This document shows, in pieces, positions 31,088-39,615 of a stretch of 64,000 nt of DNA; position 1 is the first letter of the stretch; the number at the start of each line of letters is the position of its first letter. Source of the stretch: an uncultured Gemmatimonadales bacterium (GTDB taxonomy: Bacteria; Gemmatimonadota; Gemmatimonadetes; Longimicrobiales; RSA9); assembly GCA_963798085.1 (NCBI GenBank), contig CAWCRS010000007.1, positions 288,001 through 352,000 of the forward strand, in the 5' to 3' direction. Under the pieces are notes generated by a model that had not been told where the DNA came from, did not search any database, and saw only the letters and a list, made by a program, of their open reading frames with translations. The position numbers were made by a program, and so were the translations under genes.

Positions 31088-33307
31088 ATGACGAACGAGC
31101 GCTGGGAGCGCATCCAGCGGCTCTTCGAGCAGGCCATCGACCTGGATCCAGACGCGCGTCGTCGCTTCCTCACGCGCGAGTGCGGCGCCGATGAGGTGCT
31201 GCGCATTGCCGTCGAACGACTGCTGCGTGCCGAGCGCGAATCGGCGCAACACGAGTTCATCGGCGACGCCATTCGCAACGCAGCCCTCGCCATGGCGCCG
31301 CAATCCGTTCAGGCAGGCGCTCGCCTCGACGAGTATCGCCTCGTCCGCGAGCTGGGACGCGGCGGCATGGGCGCCGTCTGGCTGGCCGAGCGCGCCGACG
31401 GCGCCTACAACGCGCTCGTCGCCGTCAAGCTGGTACAGGGTGGCTTCGCCAATCCCGAAGTCGAACGCCGCTTCCGCATCGAGCGGCAGATCCTCGCCGA
31501 CCTGACGCACGCCAGCATCGCTCGCCTGGTGGACGGCGGCGCCACACCCGATGGTACGCCGTACCTCGTGATGGAGTACGTCGACGGCCAGCCGATCACG
31601 GCGTGGGTGAAACAGCAGGCGCTCGACCTGAACGCCCGGCTGCGCCTCTTCCTCACCGTGTGCGATGCCGTACAGTACGCGCACGCATCCCTCATCGTGC
31701 ACCGCGATCTCAAGCCGTCCAATATCCTGGTGCGCGCCGATGGCGTTGCCAAGCTCGTCGATTTCGGCATCGCCAAGCTGCTCGCGCCCGACGCGCCCGG
31801 CGCAGTGCAGACCATGTCCATGGTGCGTGTGCTCACGCCGTCACACGCCAGCCCGGAGCAGCTGGAAGGCAGGCGCATCACCGCGGCCGTCGATGTGTAC
31901 GCGCTGGGCCTGCTGCTCTACGAGCTGCTCACGGGCGTGCACCCGTTCCTCGCGGATCGCCCGCCACCACTCGAGCTGCGCCGCCGCATCCTCGAGGATG
32001 ACGCGCCGCCACCCAGCGAGTTCCTGGCCCGCCGCCCACCAGCTGAACAGCCGGTTAGTCCCGCGTCGCTGCGTGGCGCCCTCGATGCCATCGTGGCGCG
32101 CGCGCTCGAGAAGGATCCGGCCCGCCGTTATGCGTCGGTCGCGGAATTGTCCGGAGATCTGCGCCGCCACCTCGATCCGCAGGTCAGCCCGGAACCGCCC
32201 GCGATCCCGCCGCTACCCATCAGCAGCACGCCGGCACACCGCAGAAACACCCTGCTGATGGGCGGCATTGTGCTCGTCCTGGCGGCTGCGGGAATGGCCG
32301 CGGCCGTCCTGCGTCTGGCGCAGCAGCGGGATCGCGCACTTGCCCAGGCAAGGGCTTCGGCGGAGGTGTCCGCATACATGACCGGGTTGCTGCGCGGCGC
32401 GGCGCCCGGCGCTGACACGAGTGTCAGCGTGCGCCAGCTGCTGGACCGCGCTGCAGCACTGGATTCGATTTCGACGGACGCGCCTGCGGCAAGAGCGGGC
32501 AGGCTGGCCGTGATCGTGGATGCACACCGCGCGGCGGGGGACTACCAGCGCGCGGCACAGCTGGCGCAACGGCTCGTGGGATTGGAAGAGCAGGGAGGCA
32601 CGGACGCGGATCGCGCGGCCGCGCTCGTGCGACTCGGCACAGCGTTGTTCGAATCGCAAGGCGCCACTGATTCCGCGCGCGCAGTGCTCGGCCGCGCGGT
32701 CACGATTGCCGACCGGCTCCGCAGCACCGCGGGCGATACCATCCTGCCCGTCGCCCTGATCGAGCTGGCGCGCACTCTGACGGCAGCAGAGCAGTACGCC
32801 GAAGCCGGGACACCCGCACGCCGCGCCCTGGATCTGGACCAGCACGCGCACGGACACGACGATCCGCGCATCGCGTACGATCTCACCACGCTGGCCGCTC
32901 TGGAACGCAGGCTGGGACGGCTGGCTGACGCGGAAACGCACTATCAGGAAGCAATGGACATCTACCGCGCAGCTGTGCCCGCGGACAGCGCCGCAGCCGC
33001 TCGCGCCATGCTGGGCCTTGCTAATGTGCTGTTGGAAAACCACCAGCCGGCGCAGGCCGAGCCCCTGGCTCGTGCCGCGCTGCGCCAGTTCCAGATGACG
33101 CTGCCCCCCGCACACCGCCGCATCGCACTGGCGCGCGCCGTGCTGGGTGCAGTCCTCGCCGCACGCGGTCAGTACGATGAAGCCGGGCCGCTCCTGACAG
33201 CGGGTTATGATGCGCTGCGCAAGGCGCCCGGCGCGTCACCCGCCGATCTGCGCGACGCCGCCAGCCGCCTCGCCGGATTCCAGAAACCCGCGGGTCGCCA
33301 GAACTGA
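31088..33307 (+). CDS. Membrane Ser/Thr protein kinase with C-terminal TPR repeats
   Basis: GRGGMG, VAVK, HRDLKPSN, DFG, SPEQ; one TM segment; TPR-like helical repeats. Confidence 0.93.
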   Translation: MTNERWERIQRLFEQAIDLDPDARRRFLTRECGADEVLRIAVERLLRAERESAQHEFIGDAIRNAALAMAPQSVQAGARLDEYRLVRELGRGGMGAVWLAERADGAYNALVAVKLVQGGFANPEVERRFRIERQILADLTHASIARLVDGGATPDGTPYLVMEYVDGQPITAWVKQQALDLNARLRLFLTVCDAVQYAHASLIVHRDLKPSNILVRADGVAKLVDFGIAKLLAPDAPGAVQTMSMVRVLTPSHASPEQLEGRRITAAVDVYALGLLLYELLTGVHPFLADRPPPLELRRRILEDDAPPPSEFLARRPPAEQPVSPASLRGALDAIVARALEKDPARRYASVAELSGDLRRHLDPQVSPEPPAIPPLPISSTPAHRRNTLLMGGIVLVLAAAGMAAAVLRLAQQRDRALAQARASAEVSAYMTGLLRGAAPGADTSVSVRQLLDRAAALDSISTDAPAARAGRLAVIVDAHRAAGDYQRAAQLAQRLVGLEEQGGTDADRAAALVRLGTALFESQGATDSARAVLGRAVTIADRLRSTAGDTILPVALIELARTLTAAEQYAEAGTPARRALDLDQHAHGHDDPRIAYDLTTLAALERRLGRLADAETHYQEAMDIYRAAVPADSAAAARAMLGLANVLLENHQPAQAEPLARAALRQFQMTLPPAHRRIALARAVLGAVLAARGQYDEAGPLLTAGYDALRKAPGASPADLRDAASRLAGFQKPAGRQN

Positions 33308-33347
33308 TGGACCGTCTCCGAGCCCCCGATATGGCTCCGTGAATCCT

Positions 33348-33776
33348 TCAGTGTTCCTGCGCCACCGACTCCAGCACGCGGTGCAGCCGGGCGCTCACTT
33401 CCCTCGCCAGCGGCCGGATCTCTTCGCGGCCCGCCAGCGAGAGCGCCGCTTCGGGGTCCATGATCGAGACGACCGTCTGCTCCGCGTCTTCTGCCGCATA
33501 CACGATCACGTTGCACGGCAGCAGCAGGCCGATCTCACGCTCCGCCACCAGCGCCTGGTGCGCCAGCGGCGGATTACACGCGCCCAGTATCACGTACGGC
33601 GGAAAATCGACGCCCAGCTTCTTCTTCATGGTGGCCGCGACATCGATCTCCGTCAGCACACCGAAGCCTTCCTTCGCAAGCGCGAAACGCGCCTTCTCCA
33701 GCGCGGCCGCAAAAGGCATCCGCACCGTCGTGCCGAAGCCGTACGCTGTTGCATGCCCGGTCAAAGCAGTCTCCAT
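33348..33776 (-). CDS. DUF302-domain protein
   Basis: EGFGVLTEID, ILGACNP, IGLLLPCNV. Confidence 0.92.
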   Translation of the reverse strand: METALTGHATAYGFGTTVRMPFAAALEKARFALAKEGFGVLTEIDVAATMKKKLGVDFPPYVILGACNPPLAHQALVAEREIGLLLPCNVIVYAAEDAEQTVVSIMDPEAALSLAGREEIRPLAREVSARLHRVLESVAQEH

Positions 33777-33816
33777 TGCTGGTGCAACGCCTCACCCGAT
33801 GAACGCAGACCGGCGC

Positions 33817-34188
33817 TTACTGCGCGCCGGCCGCACCGGTCTCCGCGGGCGAGTCCACACTTGTCAGCGAATCCTCGATCAGCTTCGCCAGATAGGCCTT
33901 CGGCGCCGCGCCGGCCACTCCATTGACGGGCACACCGTCACGGAAGATCGCGATCGTCGGTATGGAACGGATTCCGTACCCGCCCGCCGTCTGCGGCGCC
34001 TCGTCCACATTCAGCTTGCCGAAGCGCACGCGCCCCGCGTACTCCGTCGCCAGAGCCTCCAGCACCGGCGCCACCGCGCGACACGGCCCGCACCACGGCG
34101 CCCAGAAATCCACCACCATCAGACCCGTGCCGTTCTCCACCTCGGTCGCGAAGTTCTGATCCGTCAATTCCATCATGTTCGCATGCAT
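33817..34188 (-). CDS. trxA: Thioredoxin
   Basis: VDFWAPWCGPCR, KLNVDE, IRSIPT. Confidence 0.95.
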   Translation of the reverse strand: MHANMMELTDQNFATEVENGTGLMVVDFWAPWCGPCRAVAPVLEALATEYAGRVRFGKLNVDEAPQTAGGYGIRSIPTIAIFRDGVPVNGVAGAAPKAYLAKLIEDSLTSVDSPAETGAAGAQ

Positions 34189-34318
34189 TGAAGGCCTCTG
34201 CCGTTTCCGTTCGTTTCGCGCGCCAGGCGGTCCCGCCGCCACCGCGCCCGCATACCCACACCGGTGCGCCCGCTCCCGTCCGACGAACGGGTGGCGTGCC
34301 GCGCGTGTAGAACTACAC

Positions 34319-34353
34319 GACCATATGGTAATATAGTCGGCAGCGCTCGTCAA
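34319..34353 (-). promoter_or_regulatory. Sigma70-type promoter of trxA-DUF302 with overlapping palindromic operator
   Basis: Minus strand TTGACG-17bp-TACCAT; operator GACTATAT-TACC-ATATGGTC. Confidence 0.75.
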
Positions 34354-34579
34354 GGCCGGCAAACCCACACGACCTCTGCACGGCACCACTACGCACCCGG
34401 CCCAACCGAGCGCACCGGGACGACGCCCCGGCGCGCGTACCGCTTGCATCGCCCGGGCGGCCGCCCGATTCTCACCCCCGGGTACGCGCCGGGGACGCCT
34501 TGCACGCCGCCAGGCCCGGTTCTTCCCGTCGCAACCACGGCTCGCGGACCGGCAGCACGCGCAACCCGCACGCGAAGGG

Positions 34580-35926
34580 GTGGTAGCACAGATTCCCGAA
34601 GAACCAGACAGGAGATCCCCGGCGCGCGGCAAGGCTCTGCTGCGAGCCCTGCGACACCGCAACTACCGCCTCTTCTTCACCGGGCAGAGTGTTTCGCTCA
34701 TCGGCACGTGGATCACGCGCGTTGCCACCAGCTGGCTGGTCTATCGCCTCACGCACTCGGCGGGCATGCTCGGCATCGTCGGCTTCGCGGGTCAGATTCC
34801 GACCTTCCTGCTCGCGCCCTTCGCCGGCGTCTGGGTAGACCGGCTGGACCGCTATCGCGTACTCCTCACCACGCAGGTGCTGGCCATGCTGCAGTCGTTC
34901 GCGCTCGCGGCGCTTGCGCTTTCCGGCGTCATCCAGATCTGGCACGTGCTGGCGCTGCAGGCGTTCCAGGGCATGATCAACGCATTCGACACGCCCGCGC
35001 GGCAGTCGTTCGTCGTCGAGATGGTGGCGGACCGCGTCGATCTGCCCAATGCCATTGCGCTGAATTCGTCGATCGTGAACGGTGCGCGGCTGATCGGACC
35101 ATCCATCGCGGGACTGCTCATCGCGTGGGTGGGCGAGGGCTGGTGTTTCCTGGTCGACGGCGTGAGCTACATCGCGGTCATTGTCTCGCTGCTGCTCATG
35201 CGCATCGTGCGCCGGCAGCGCGCGGCGCGCACCGCGAACATGCTCGAGGATCTGCGCAGCGGGTTTCGCTACGCGCTGGGCTTTCCGCCCATCCTCGCGC
35301 TGCTGCTGCTGCTCGCGCTGGTCAGCCTCGCGGGCATGCCCTACACCGTGCTCCTGCCCCTCGTCGCGGACCGCGTGCTGCACGGCGGCTCGCACACACT
35401 CGGCTTCCTCATGGGCGCGGCCGGTGTGGGCGCATTGTTCGGTGCGCTGTATCTCGCTTCCCGCAACACCGTGTTGGGGCTCGGTCGCGTGATCGCACTG
35501 GCCACCGCCCTGTTCGGTGCCGCGCTGGTAGCCTTCTCCTTTTCCCGGTGGCTGCTGCTCTCGCTGGCGCTCCTGGCCCTCGTGGGTACGGGGTTCATGG
35601 TGCAGATCGCCGCCTCCAACACCGTGTTGCAGACCATCGTGCGCGAGGAAATGCGCGGCCGCGTCATGGCCTTCTACACGATGGCGTTCATGGGCATGGC
35701 TCCTTTCGGCAGTCTGCTCGCCGGCGCCCTTGCCGCCCGCCTGGGCGCTCCCGCCGCCATCCGCGCGGGCGGCATCGGCTGCCTCGCCGGAGCCGCTGTT
35801 TTCGCTCGCTGGCTGCCGCGCATACGCGAGCACGTCGTACCCATCTACATTGAGCGCGGCATCCTGCCGCAGGTGGCAACCGGCCTCGCCTCGGCCACCG
35901 CACTGCGTCAGGAAATCGAACGCTGA
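34580..35926 (+). CDS. MFS transporter (MFS_3-like)
   Basis: LRHRNYRLFFTGQSVSLIGTW, GVWVDRLDR, FDTPARQS, MRGRVM; 12-TM pattern. Confidence 0.93.
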   Translation: MVAQIPEEPDRRSPARGKALLRALRHRNYRLFFTGQSVSLIGTWITRVATSWLVYRLTHSAGMLGIVGFAGQIPTFLLAPFAGVWVDRLDRYRVLLTTQVLAMLQSFALAALALSGVIQIWHVLALQAFQGMINAFDTPARQSFVVEMVADRVDLPNAIALNSSIVNGARLIGPSIAGLLIAWVGEGWCFLVDGVSYIAVIVSLLLMRIVRRQRAARTANMLEDLRSGFRYALGFPPILALLLLLALVSLAGMPYTVLLPLVADRVLHGGSHTLGFLMGAAGVGALFGALYLASRNTVLGLGRVIALATALFGAALVAFSFSRWLLLSLALLALVGTGFMVQIAASNTVLQTIVREEMRGRVMAFYTMAFMGMAPFGSLLAGALAARLGAPAAIRAGGIGCLAGAAVFARWLPRIREHVVPIYIERGILPQVATGLASATALRQEIER

Positions 35927-35943
35927 CCGGAACGGAGCGTTGC

Positions 35944-36654
35944 ATGGCGAACCGTGAATGGGTGGACCTGAATGTCGCGGATGGCACGACGATGCGCGCG
36001 TGGGTGCAGCGCCCGGAAGAAGACGGTGTCCACCCGGGCGTGCTCGTGCTGCAGGAAGCATTCGGCGTGAACGCGCACATGCGCGATGTTGCGGCCCGCT
36101 TCGCGGCGCAGGGCTACACGGCGATCGCGCCCGAGATGTTCCACCGCACGGCCCCCGGTTTCGATGGCCACTACAATGACATGCCCGGCGTGATGCCGCA
36201 CATCCAGGCTCTCACCACGGAGGGCATGACCGCCAATGTGGTGGCCGCGCATGAATGGATCAGTCACCAGCCTGATGTCGATGCCGCCCGCATCGCAGCG
36301 GTGGGCTTCTGCATGGGTGGCCGCGGCGCCTGGCTGGCCAATGCCGCAGTGCCTCTCGCGGCTTCCGTATCATACTACGGTGGCGGCATCGCACCGGGCC
36401 TGCTCGATCGCGCCGCCACGCTGCACGGACCCCAGCTGCTCTACTGGGCGGGCCGCGACGCGCGCATCCTGCCCGAGCATTACCGCGCTGTGGACGACGC
36501 GCTCCGCCACGCGGACCGGCGCTACGCCAGTGTCGTCTTCTCGCAGGCGCAGCACGGCTTCTTCAACGACCAGCGCAACACGTACGATGGGCCCGCCGCC
36601 ACGCAGTCATGGGCGCTCACATTGGCGTTCCTGCGCAGCTGTGTGCTCGAGTGA
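35944..36654 (+). CDS. Dienelactone hydrolase family
   Basis: QEAFGVN, GFCMGG nucleophile, SYYGG, AQHGF. Confidence 0.93.
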   Translation: MANREWVDLNVADGTTMRAWVQRPEEDGVHPGVLVLQEAFGVNAHMRDVAARFAAQGYTAIAPEMFHRTAPGFDGHYNDMPGVMPHIQALTTEGMTANVVAAHEWISHQPDVDAARIAAVGFCMGGRGAWLANAAVPLAASVSYYGGGIAPGLLDRAATLHGPQLLYWAGRDARILPEHYRAVDDALRHADRRYASVVFSQAQHGFFNDQRNTYDGPAATQSWALTLAFLRSCVLE

Positions 36655-36684
36655 TAACAGCATGTTCCAGCTTCTCCCAGCCGG

Positions 36685-37881
36685 ATGCCGGCGGCGCCCA
36701 TGAGTAATCTCTCGCCGTCCACGAATGTACCCGACGTCGCCGCGATCGACCGCATTGTCGCGCTGCCCGATCTGGTGCTCCGCAACCTGCAGGTCACGCA
36801 GTGTTACGCGGATCTCGCCACGGCCTTTGCCGCGCGCACCGGCATCACAGGAGCCAACTGGTGTGCCTTTGCCGCGTGGGCCTCGCGCCAGGCGGGTCAG
36901 AGCATCCGCGGCGAAGACCTCGATATGACGCTGCGCCGGGCCCTGGGTTCTCCCGCGGTCGTGCGCGAAATCGAGCGCGTCGCCGGCACGCTCCAGCGCC
37001 TGGGCGCAACCCTGTCCGCCGACCGCGTAACGCAGGTGCTGCAGCAGCTGCTCGACCCCGCGGCCATTCTGCAGCGCACCAGCGCCGCCGTGTCACGCGG
37101 CAACCTCAAGGTGTTCGACGAGATCGCCCGCGCCTTCGCGCGCTTCCTCGACCTGGCTCCGTCCTCTGCTGACACGGCTGTCATCACGGAATTCTGCGGC
37201 CAGTTGCGCGCCGGTGATCCGCCCGACGGCCAGCGTTTCCTGCAGCAGGCATTCACCCGCTACTTCGCCTTGCGGCGTGAAAGCGACGCCCGCACGCGTG
37301 CCCAGCACCTGCTGCTGGCCAACCTCGAGATCGGCTTCCACGAGCAGACCCGCCTGCAGCCCGAGATCGCGGCTGCTCTCGACGCGCCCATCCCGGATGC
37401 CCGCGAATTGTCCGCCAGCCTGCTGCGTCTGCTCTTGCCGTTGGGCGCCGGCCTGCTGTGGCGCGCCCGTCTGCTCTGGCACCGGCTCACGGGACAGCCC
37501 ACGCCGCTCGAGCTGGCGCTGCGCGATCTCGTCACCGTGACTCGCGCCGAACTGCGTCGCGTCATCACCAGTCACCTCATGATGCTGCGCATCGCGCACA
37601 CGGTGCTGAGTCTCGGCGACGACTTGAACGCCGGCTTTCCGCCCCTGCTCCAGCACGCCGATGATGCGGCGCTCATCGCCATGCTGCAGCAGGTCGATCC
37701 AACGCCTGACAGCTTGCAGCAGAGCGGCGCCCGCGACTGGGCCGACTTCGCCGATCGCATGCACTTCATTGCCGATCTGTTCCGTTGCTATCAGGAATCA
37801 CCCGAGCTGTTCGACTCGCCTTTCAGCGCCGAACAGGGGACAGCAATCAGAGAGGGCCGGATACCCTCCGGCCCTCTCTGA
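36685..37881 (+). CDS. Hypothetical protein (possibly DUF2515-related)
   Basis: Long biased ORF; RNLQVTQCY, NWCAFAAWAS, HEQTRLQP, DWADFADRMHFI look like conserved motifs; family guess from memory. Confidence 0.7.
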   Translation: MPAAPMSNLSPSTNVPDVAAIDRIVALPDLVLRNLQVTQCYADLATAFAARTGITGANWCAFAAWASRQAGQSIRGEDLDMTLRRALGSPAVVREIERVAGTLQRLGATLSADRVTQVLQQLLDPAAILQRTSAAVSRGNLKVFDEIARAFARFLDLAPSSADTAVITEFCGQLRAGDPPDGQRFLQQAFTRYFALRRESDARTRAQHLLLANLEIGFHEQTRLQPEIAAALDAPIPDARELSASLLRLLLPLGAGLLWRARLLWHRLTGQPTPLELALRDLVTVTRAELRRVITSHLMMLRIAHTVLSLGDDLNAGFPPLLQHADDAALIAMLQQVDPTPDSLQQSGARDWADFADRMHFIADLFRCYQESPELFDSPFSAEQGTAIREGRIPSGPL

Positions 37882-38073
37882 TGCGCAGCGCCTCGGCCGA
37901 CCATGTGCGGTCGCACCGGGCGGGTCGCCCGTGCTCACGCGAATATCGCGTTAGCGGCCCGCGGTTTCCCTGGTCGCCAGCGCACTGGCCGTGCTCGCGC
38001 TCCTGCTGCGTCACCCTGACCGGGAGCGCCGCATGCCGTCCGGCAGCATGGACACTCGAGCGTGTGATCGCCC

Positions 38074-39615
38074 TCAGTGGATTTGCGCGTCGAACGCGCC
38101 GGTCAGTACGCGGTCACCCCGCCGCACCTGCGCCCAGATCCGGTAGTGGCCGGGCTTCGGCAGCAGCAGCGGGAAGCGGATGTCGCCGGAGTAGCGCGCC
38201 TGGTCCGCACCCAGCATCATTCCGGCCATGGCTGCATCGCTCGTACCACCCGGGGCGTTGCGCTCCAGCGCCTCCTGCGCCGCCATCGAGAACGTGCCCA
38301 CGGGGTGCAGATGCAGGAACACCTGTCCATCATCCCGCGCCATCATGGTGTGCCCGGCCATGCCCATGTAGGGATCCAGCGTCACGGTCGCGCCATCCGC
38401 GCCGTTCACGCGGAACACCAGCTCCGCCTCCTGTCCCGCTGCCAGCCGGTCACTCCCGTTCACCCACGTCATGATCGAGCCATCCGCCAGTGTGCTGACA
38501 CCTGTGTTATCAACGGAGCCCTGCCACCAGGCATCGTCGGGATCCACCGCCGGCCGCGCAGCGGTTGCCGGGGCGGCACCAGCCGCCTCGCCCGCCCCCG
38601 GTACCTCGACCTCCGCGACCATCGTGTGCGAGAACCCGTCCGCGTGCACCAGATCGGCGTATACGCGGTAGCGCCCCGCCGCCAGCGTCGGCAGTGCCAG
38701 GTCGAAGGAATTCGCATCGACGCGCACCGGGTGCACGTGGCCGAACACCGCCGCATCGCCTTCGCGCACCAGGAACATGTGCATCAGCTTGCCGTGATCC
38801 GGAATCAGATCCGCCCGCCGGTACCGTCCGTTGCGTGTGCGCCAGGTCGAATCGTCGCGCATGACCCAGAGCGAATCCGTGATGGCGAAGTGCAGCACGG
38901 CGCCCGCAGGCGTCTCGCGGAGACTGGCTTGCGCGCTCCACGGCCGGTCCACTCGCGCCCGGTACTCCCGCGCATCCGCCTGGATCCACGTCCAGCCGCC
39001 GAACAGCATCAGTGCCAGCACCGCGCTGCCCGCTGCCATGGCGAAACGGGCACGCCGGCGCTCGCCGGCGCCCGGCTGCACGCCCGGCGCCAGCACGCTC
39101 TCACGCGCGCCCGCGCCCACGATCGTCAGCATACCCACGACCAGGAACAGTCCGCCCGCCAGGATGAAGAAGCCCAGCCCGCGCGGCATGGATAACTGCG
39201 CGTTGGCTCTCGCCACCACCGGTACGGTTGCCGTGCCTCGGCCCGCGCTGCCGGCCACCGTCACGATCACGCTGTATGCGCCGCGCGTCATGAACCAGAG
39301 CTGCGCCGCCCAGACGCCCGGCGCGCCTGGTACCGGCTTCGCTGCATCCGGAGGCGGTGCCTGGCCCACCGCACCAATGCGTCGCAGCGCGGTCACCAGC
39401 ACCGTGTCCGGCGTACCTCCCTCCGTGTGCACCGTGATGTCCGCCAGCCCCGGAATCACGCCCGGCTGCCGCACGCTCACCCGCACACCCCAGGGACCGG
39501 CCCGGCCCACGAAATACACGTCGTCGCTGCCCACGTGTGCTGATAACAGCGTGCTTGCCAGCGCTAGCGCGGCCAGGCGCAGCCTCAGCCGCCCGCGTGA
39601 CCCGGTCGCGCTCAT
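38074..39615 (-). CDS. Exported His/Met-rich putative copper-binding protein: signal, N-terminal His, soluble domain, 2 TM, soluble domains
   Basis: LLSA|HVGS cleavage site; DHGKLMHMF, GHVHP, YMGMAGH, HLHP motifs; ATGA overlap with upstream gene. Confidence 0.8.
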   Translation of the reverse strand: MSATGSRGRLRLRLAALALASTLLSAHVGSDDVYFVGRAGPWGVRVSVRQPGVIPGLADITVHTEGGTPDTVLVTALRRIGAVGQAPPPDAAKPVPGAPGVWAAQLWFMTRGAYSVIVTVAGSAGRGTATVPVVARANAQLSMPRGLGFFILAGGLFLVVGMLTIVGAGARESVLAPGVQPGAGERRRARFAMAAGSAVLALMLFGGWTWIQADAREYRARVDRPWSAQASLRETPAGAVLHFAITDSLWVMRDDSTWRTRNGRYRRADLIPDHGKLMHMFLVREGDAAVFGHVHPVRVDANSFDLALPTLAAGRYRVYADLVHADGFSHTMVAEVEVPGAGEAAGAAPATAARPAVDPDDAWWQGSVDNTGVSTLADGSIMTWVNGSDRLAAGQEAELVFRVNGADGATVTLDPYMGMAGHTMMARDDGQVFLHLHPVGTFSMAAQEALERNAPGGTSDAAMAGMMLGADQARYSGDIRFPLLLPKPGHYRIWAQVRRGDRVLTGAFDAQIH

